From contig NC_017039.1 in assembly GCF_000284455.1 (NCBI RefSeq), positions 180,001 through 212,000 of the forward strand: 32,000 nt of DNA, given 5' to 3'. Shown here in pieces: positions 26,863 through 32,000 of this stretch (the stretch's first letter is position 1; each line of letters begins with the position of its first letter). The notes below the pieces were generated by a model, which was not told where the DNA came from, did no database searches, and saw only the letters and a program-made list of their open reading frames with translations. The position numbers were made by a program, and so were the translations under genes. This stretch comes from Synechocystis sp. PCC 6803 substr. PCC-P (GTDB lineage: Bacteria > Cyanobacteriota > Cyanobacteriia > Cyanobacteriales > Microcystaceae).

Positions 26863-28416
26863 TCAAACTCTCTCCATCGTGGGCTGGGGCCGACTGATAA
26901 GAATATCCAACAACAGTTGCATTTGATAAAGATTAAGGTAGGTGGGAAAATCTAAATGTCCTTTGAGAAGCATTTCCCGATAAATTTCCTGGCATTGTTG
27001 CAGATGTTCCACCATCCAAGGGGCATTATTGCTGCGGTATTGCTGGACTTCTGTTAAACCGCCAATGATTTTGCTCAAATCCTGGTCCTGTTGGCGATTA
27101 ATTTCCGTACGGCATTGTTCGATAAAAACCTCGTTCATGCCCTCAATTTGTTGATATAAATCCGGCGCTAAATTGCCTTCAATCAACATCAGGCGATAGC
27201 TTTGTTTTAAACTTTCAATTTCCCTTAACGCTTCCTGGGGATTTTCCTGGGCCGTTTCCCGCAAATCGGCGATCGCCTGACGGTGGCCCACTAGGAACTT
27301 TTCCGTTTTCCGTTTGCGCCAACCCTGGAGCAAAAAGCCAATGGTGGTAGTGCCCAACAGCATAATGGAGGCGGCCTGGAGGGGTTTGTTCTCCTGAAGA
27401 TAACGTAACCAAGCAATGCGGGGGTCTCCCTCCCGATAGGTACGCATAGCGGCGGGATGAATATACAGCAAGCCCTCATAAAGATTAACCGAACCATTCT
27501 CCGTTGCCAATTTGGGGTAAAACGAAGCGAATTGCCTAGAATTAGCAAAAATTGCCCAGGTCATTAAAGCCACTTTTTCCCGATTCATATTGGGTCTGGT
27601 TAATAAGGCCCCTCCGGTGGAAATGGTCAGAATGTCTTCCGAAGGAAATGGGGGCAACGCACGGTAGGTACCCTGGGGAATATAGGCTTTGCGGTAGGAT
27701 TCAGGAAATTGCAAAGTCAGGTAATTAATGAAGCTTTCGCTCAGGGGCACAAAATCAACATTTTCCACAATGGTCAATTGTTCCCGCACTTCATCGCTGG
27801 CTTTAAACGGCCCCACGTACACCATGGCATCCAAGGGACTGTTGGGCGCAACGAAATTTTGCAAGCCCATACTCAAACCTAACTGGGTATAGGGTTGAAT
27901 GGTCAAATTGGTGGAATCAAATAAGCGGGTGGCGGTGAAGTTGATGCCACTAGCTGGGGGGCCAATGCTGACTTTTTTACCCTCTAGATCTCTTAGGGTA
28001 TTCACATTTTGATTTTTGCGGCCAACGATGTGGGCATATTCTTCAGTCAGAATGGCCACGGCAGCTACATCCCCTGCTTTCATGGCTTCGCTGGCCACGT
28101 CGAGTTGCACCATGGCAAAATCCACTTCCCCGTCCAATAGCCGTTGTAAATTTTGTTGGGAACCCTGGGAATCCTTGTTGTCCACCACAACAAGGTCAAC
28201 GGTGGCCGCTGATTCCTGGATTTGTTGGCCAATGCGAACATAGGCGCTGAGCCCATTGCCAGTGGACAGGGTCACGGTGGCGGGTTTCCTGGTAGTGCAA
28301 CCGACAAACACCAAGGGAAAAAGGGCAATCACAACCACAGCCCAGGGCAGTCGATTTTGGAGTAATTTCTGTAGGGAAAGATTATTTGCCAATGGGGACA
28401 GATTAAAAAAGTTCAA
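26863..28416 (-). CDS. TAXI-family (TRAP-type) solute-binding domain fused to a C-terminal TM helix and cytoplasmic helical tail
   Basis: Signal/lipobox-like N-terminus (ALFPLVFVGC). TAXI-like body (GTGNGLSAYVRIGQ..., DFAMVQLDVA, GKKVSIGPPASGINFTA). Then a TM helix AASIMLLGTTTIGFLLQGW followed by RKRKTEK and about 150 aa of helical sequence. Confidence 0.7.
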   Translation of the reverse strand: MNFFNLSPLANNLSLQKLLQNRLPWAVVVIALFPLVFVGCTTRKPATVTLSTGNGLSAYVRIGQQIQESAATVDLVVVDNKDSQGSQQNLQRLLDGEVDFAMVQLDVASEAMKAGDVAAVAILTEEYAHIVGRKNQNVNTLRDLEGKKVSIGPPASGINFTATRLFDSTNLTIQPYTQLGLSMGLQNFVAPNSPLDAMVYVGPFKASDEVREQLTIVENVDFVPLSESFINYLTLQFPESYRKAYIPQGTYRALPPFPSEDILTISTGGALLTRPNMNREKVALMTWAIFANSRQFASFYPKLATENGSVNLYEGLLYIHPAAMRTYREGDPRIAWLRYLQENKPLQAASIMLLGTTTIGFLLQGWRKRKTEKFLVGHRQAIADLRETAQENPQEALREIESLKQSYRLMLIEGNLAPDLYQQIEGMNEVFIEQCRTEINRQQDQDLSKIIGGLTEVQQYRSNNAPWMVEHLQQCQEIYREMLLKGHLDFPTYLNLYQMQLLLDILISRPQPTMERV

Positions 28417-28548
28417 AACTGGATTGGGTATAAAAGCTATTGGCCCATGGGGGAAAGGGAAAATTCGGCTATCTCCAACCAGTCCTTAAAATTTATTGGA
28501 ATTTAACTGATTATTTTAAGGATGGAATCCCTTGAAGATGGGCCGACC

Positions 28549-29427
28549 TCACCCCACTATGGTAATGGTTGCAAGAGGATTAGCCATTGTTCCAGGAATC
28601 AAGCTGATTTCCATGCCTTCTTTGGCGATCGCCGTGGCGGGAAATTGTTGTTTAGCTCGGTCCCATATGACATCCAACATTGAATCATCATGGCCAGGAT
28701 CGTGGTGGAAGAGGATTAATTGTCTTACCCTGGCAGCCTGGGCCACCTTCACCGCTTCTTGCCAGGTGGAATGGCCCCAACCGACCTTGCTCATCTGGCG
28801 ATCATAATATTCTTCGTCGGTATAGGTGGCATCAATGATCAACACATCTGCATTTTGGGCTAAAGCCAATACATTGTCATCCAGGCGATCGGGAAAATGT
28901 TCTGTATCAGTGATAAAAGCCACTGTAATGCCTTGCCAAGTTACCCGATAACCCATGGCTTCCCCTGGGTGATTTAAAGGCCGGGTCTGCAACTCAATGT
29001 TACCAATCACAACATCTTCCCCCACCTCCAAATCGTAAAAGGCCACAATGCCCTGCATCGTTTGCAACGGCACAGGAAAATTGGGGTGCAACATTTGCTC
29101 ATGGAGCCGTTGTTCAATGGTTGTACCATCGGGGGTCGGTACACCATAAACTCGAAAAAAGTTACCGGGCCGGAAAGCAGGGGTAAAAAATGGAAATCCT
29201 TGGATATGGTCCCAGTGACTATGGGTAAAGAAAATATCGGCCGACACGCTCTCCTGGCTTGAGAGACTATCCCCCAACATCTTGATGCCGGTGCCTGCGT
29301 CAAAAATCAGTCGTTCCCTTCCGATCGCCATTTCCACGCAGGTGGTGTTGCCCCCATAGCGCACTGTGGTTGGCCCTGGACAAGGGATACTACCCCGTAC
29401 TCCCCAAAATTTGATCTTGAATGTCAT
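28549..29427 (-). CDS. MBL-fold metallo-hydrolase
   Basis: FWGVRGSIP at the N-terminus, the metal-binding motif THSHWDHIQG, and downstream D and H ligands (ITDTEH, LFHHDP). 292 aa. Confidence 0.85.
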   Translation of the reverse strand: MTFKIKFWGVRGSIPCPGPTTVRYGGNTTCVEMAIGRERLIFDAGTGIKMLGDSLSSQESVSADIFFTHSHWDHIQGFPFFTPAFRPGNFFRVYGVPTPDGTTIEQRLHEQMLHPNFPVPLQTMQGIVAFYDLEVGEDVVIGNIELQTRPLNHPGEAMGYRVTWQGITVAFITDTEHFPDRLDDNVLALAQNADVLIIDATYTDEEYYDRQMSKVGWGHSTWQEAVKVAQAARVRQLILFHHDPGHDDSMLDVIWDRAKQQFPATAIAKEGMEISLIPGTMANPLATITIVG

Positions 29428-29526
29428 TGGATTGTCACTTCCTCTGGTTCCCCAGCAATGATGGCGGTAACTTCAACTAGACCCAGGCCAAGGGAGTGGC
29501 GAGGAAAGGCCTTCAGCGGGGATTGG

Positions 29527-29826
29527 TTAGCGATGTTCTTCTTGTACTTCCTTGATATTGTTTAATTCATTGACGTGGCCCAACTGGTCACGGACATCGT
29601 CGATAACCAAATTAAGTTGGGCAATTTTGTCTTCCAGGCGACGGCGAGCCAACTCAATATTTTCCTCACTATCGAGATTTCCTACCCCCTCAGTGTCTAA
29701 TTTTTCCCGGTCGGGGCTTTGGGTAGCAGCTCGATTGGCCAGGACAGAACCCAAAATTCCCCCCACTACGCCACCAATGACCGTACCTAATAAAAATCCT
29801 CCGGCGAAGTTATCTTTTTGAGCCAT
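29527..29826 (-). CDS. YtxH-like small membrane-anchored protein
   Basis: 99 aa with a glycine-zipper hydrophobic N-terminus (GGFLLGTVIGGVVGGILGSVLA) followed by a charged coiled-coil tail, the typical YtxH architecture. Confidence 0.6.
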   Translation of the reverse strand: MAQKDNFAGGFLLGTVIGGVVGGILGSVLANRAATQSPDREKLDTEGVGNLDSEENIELARRRLEDKIAQLNLVIDDVRDQLGHVNELNNIKEVQEEHR

Positions 29827-29895
29827 GACTTTACTCCTGTTGTTAACGTTTGGGGGTGAATTTGTAATTATTTGATCACTAGTTTAATGGTGTTA

Positions 29896-30546
29896 TCAAG
29901 TACCAAAGCAACGATCGCCTGCATCCCCTAGGCCGGGCACAATGTAACCCCGGTCATTGAGTTGTTCGTCAATCATGGCGGTGTAGATGGTCAAATTGGG
30001 ATGGGCATTACTTAATTTTTGCAGGGCAGTGGGGGCGGCCACCACGGAGACCAAACGGATTAAATTGGCATCAATGTCCCGGGCCATCAGCAAATCCAAA
30101 GCAGCCATGATGGTATTACCCGTAGCCAACATGGGATCTAGCAACAAAAGATGGGTACCGGGGGCAAACCGCTCCGGCAACTTGTTCAGATACAGACTAG
30201 GTTCCAGGGTAGTTTCATTGCGCACTAAACCCAGATGGTAAATTTTTGCCAGGGGCAACAACCCCTGGGCCCCTTCCACCAGAGCCAACCCCGCCCGCAA
30301 AATGGGCACAATGACAAAGGGCGTTTGGGGGTCAATAAGACTGGCCTTGGCGATCGCCAGGGGAGTTTTCACTTCCGTATCCACCGTCGGCAACCAATAA
30401 CGAGCGGCCTCATAGGTCAACCAACGTCCCAATTCCCCCATGGCAGTTTTAAACAAAACCGGCGGCGTGTTTTCATCCCTAGCTACCCCCAACCAATGCT
30501 TAATTAGAGGATGCTCCGGCACATAAACACGTAATTGAGAAGCCAT
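29896..30546 (-). CDS. upp: Uracil phosphoribosyltransferase
   Basis: HPLIKHWL at the N-terminus, VPILRAGL, the PRPP-binding loop LLLDPMLATGNT, and the C-terminal YIVPGLGDAGDRCFGT. 216 aa. Confidence 0.95.
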   Translation of the reverse strand: MASQLRVYVPEHPLIKHWLGVARDENTPPVLFKTAMGELGRWLTYEAARYWLPTVDTEVKTPLAIAKASLIDPQTPFVIVPILRAGLALVEGAQGLLPLAKIYHLGLVRNETTLEPSLYLNKLPERFAPGTHLLLLDPMLATGNTIMAALDLLMARDIDANLIRLVSVVAAPTALQKLSNAHPNLTIYTAMIDEQLNDRGYIVPGLGDAGDRCFGT

Positions 30547-30780
30547 GGGAAAACTTAAAAGTTAATATCTAAAATTTAATTTTGTTAATCTTGGCCGTTG
30601 GGGAACCGAAAAATGGGCTAAAAGTTAGGACGTGGTCTCACCGTCGGTAACAATTCACCGCGGAACTCCACTGTAGCTCAGATCGGGTTACCGGAAGTTG
30701 GGGCATTGGGAAGGGAAAGGTTTTCTGCCATACTTTGGGCAGGGATTTCCCCCAAGTTCAACGACAGACAGGCAAGCATT

Positions 30781-31629
30781 ATGAGCAAACAACCATCCTT
30801 TGACGGCTGGCAGTCCATTGTGGGGGGGCTGATCGCCGCCTTGCTAGTCCTGCTGAGTTTTAACTCCTTTGTGGTGATTAACCCTGGTCAAGCCGGTGTG
30901 TTGAGTGTGTTGGGTAAAGCCCAGGACGGAGCCCTACTAGAAGGCATTCATTTCAAACCGCCCCTGGTATCGTCGGTGGATATTTACGATGTGACGGTGC
31001 AAAAATTTGAAGTGCCGGCCCAAAGCTCCACTAAGGATTTGCAAGATTTGTCTGCCAGCTTTGCCATTAATTTCCGCCTCGATCCCACCGAGGTCGTTAC
31101 CATTCGCCGCACCCAAGGCACGTTACAAAATATTGTCGCCAAGATTATTGCTCCCCAAACCCAGGAATCTTTTAAAATTGCCGCCGCGCGACGCACAGTG
31201 GAAGAAGCCATCACCAAACGGAGCGAGTTGAAGGAAGACTTTGATAACGCCCTTAATTCCCGCCTGGAGAAATACGGCATCATTGTTCTGGACACCAGTG
31301 TGGTGGATTTAGCCTTCTCCCCCGAATTTGCCAAGGCGGTGGAGGAAAAACAAATTGCTGAGCAGAGAGCCCAGCGGGCAGTGTATGTGGCCCAGGAAGC
31401 GGAACAACAGGCCCAGGCGGACATCAACCGAGCCAAGGGGAAGGCAGAAGCCCAACGGTTACTGGCGGAAACTTTAAAAGCTCAGGGGGGGGAATTAGTC
31501 CTACAAAAAGAGGCGATCGAAGCTTGGCGGGAAGGGGGGGCTCCCATGCCCAAGGTTTTGGTGATGGGGGGAGAAGGCAAGGGGTCTGCGGTTCCCTTTA
31601 TGTTTAACCTAACTGACCTGGCTAACTAG
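30781..31629 (+). CDS. SPFH/band-7 family protein (prohibitin homologue)
   Basis: ATG 30781 (MSKQPSFDG...) is followed by an N-terminal TM helix and then VINPGQAGVLSVLGK. It ends in an Ala/Glu/Gln-rich coiled coil (AEQRAQRAVYVAQEAEQQAQADINRAKGKAEAQR), typical of prohibitin/HflKC-like proteins. Confidence 0.9.
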   Translation: MSKQPSFDGWQSIVGGLIAALLVLLSFNSFVVINPGQAGVLSVLGKAQDGALLEGIHFKPPLVSSVDIYDVTVQKFEVPAQSSTKDLQDLSASFAINFRLDPTEVVTIRRTQGTLQNIVAKIIAPQTQESFKIAAARRTVEEAITKRSELKEDFDNALNSRLEKYGIIVLDTSVVDLAFSPEFAKAVEEKQIAEQRAQRAVYVAQEAEQQAQADINRAKGKAEAQRLLAETLKAQGGELVLQKEAIEAWREGGAPMPKVLVMGGEGKGSAVPFMFNLTDLAN

Positions 31630-31733
31630 CGGCAGCGGGGAAGTTATAGGTCCCAGGGCTCCTGCCTGACCTTTAGGTCCATTCTTATAATCGGATTAAT
31701 CGGATAACGCCATCTTTTCCACCGAGGTTCCCC

Positions 31734-32000
31734 ATGGCAGGTAACGAGAATATTGCCGAACCCCAGCCGGTCTATACGGGCACCATTCTTTATCCTTCCC
31801 CCAGTCCCTATGCTTTGGCCATTACTCCTCTGGTCCAGCTCAAGAAAATTTTCCAATCCCTCTACACCAGTTTATTAAAAATGATGTGGCAGGAGTTGTG
31901 GGCGGGGGAGGTGCAAAACAATGAAGCTTTCAATCTCATCCTTTTTTTGATTTTTCTGCTTCTTTGTTGGTTAACGTTTAGCTTCCGTACCGCTAGCCAA
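31734..32000 (+). CDS. Hypothetical protein, N-terminal part (3' end runs off the window)
   Basis: ATG 31734 opens a frame with no stop through base 32000 (89 codons). It contains a hydrophobic segment, FNLILFLIFLLLCWLTFSF. It is absent from the ORF track because it has no stop codon inside the window. Confidence 0.4.
   Translation, partial: MAGNENIAEPQPVYTGTILYPSPSPYALAITPLVQLKKIFQSLYTSLLKMMWQELWAGEVQNNEAFNLILFLIFLLLCWLTFSFRTASQ

Noticed and set aside
30673-30686. GTAGCTCAGATCGG, resembling a tRNA D-arm
   Set aside because: The D stem does not close, and no anticodon arm, T arm (GTTCxAxT) or acceptor pairing can be built around it. It is not a tRNA or an obvious tRNA fragment.
30984-31436. 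150-aa antisense ORF inside the prohibitin-like gene, plus similar shadow ORFs in lpdA (13088-13429, 13589-13927) and the EAL genes
   Set aside because: These are mirror-frame ORFs opposite strongly supported genes, with no independent start context or recognisable domains.
31644-31856. 70-aa minus-strand ORF after the prohibitin gene
   Set aside because: It overlaps a plus-strand frame that stays open from ATG 31734 to the window edge and encodes a plausible hydrophobic segment. The minus-strand product is G/R-rich with no features.
1-32000. Search for CRISPR arrays, IS transposases, integrases, phage genes, rRNA and known defence-system enzymes
   Set aside because: No regularly spaced direct repeats, no DDE or serine/tyrosine recombinase motifs and no rRNA-like sequence were seen. 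The only repeats are the MITE-like element and HIP1.

Overview
The window looks like core chromosome of a Synechocystis-type unicellular cyanobacterium. I counted about 25 exact copies of the HIP1 octamer GCGATCGC by eye. From memory, the gene order lpdA, CRR6-like, HEAT-repeat, ubiX ... typA, upp, prohibitin matches the PCC 6803 slr1096-slr1107 neighbourhood, but no search was run. I support about 28 protein genes, one tRNA-Pro(GGG), one probable bidirectional terminator and three copies of a roughly 110-125 bp MITE-like palindromic repeat. I found no rRNA, CRISPR array, transposase, integrase or phage genes, so most of the window is ordinary housekeeping DNA. The best candidate for an undescribed system is a tandem array of three paralogous FHA-(PAS)-degenerate GGDEF-EAL proteins (17624-24395), which could link Ser/Thr phosphorylation to c-di-GMP signalling. 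Secondary leads: a HigB/RelE-like small protein with a zinc-knuckle N-terminus that may be translationally coupled to a Usp protein; a histidine-kinase-like protein lacking the phospho-acceptor His, next to a DUF4350-MoxR pair with no VWA/DUF58 partner; inverted MITE-like copies bracketing typA; a TAXI-type binding protein fused to a transmembrane helix and cytoplasmic helical tail; and an orphan alpha-E protein flanked by two predicted nucleases and the tRNA. All domain calls come from motif recognition by eye and need HMM or structure confirmation.
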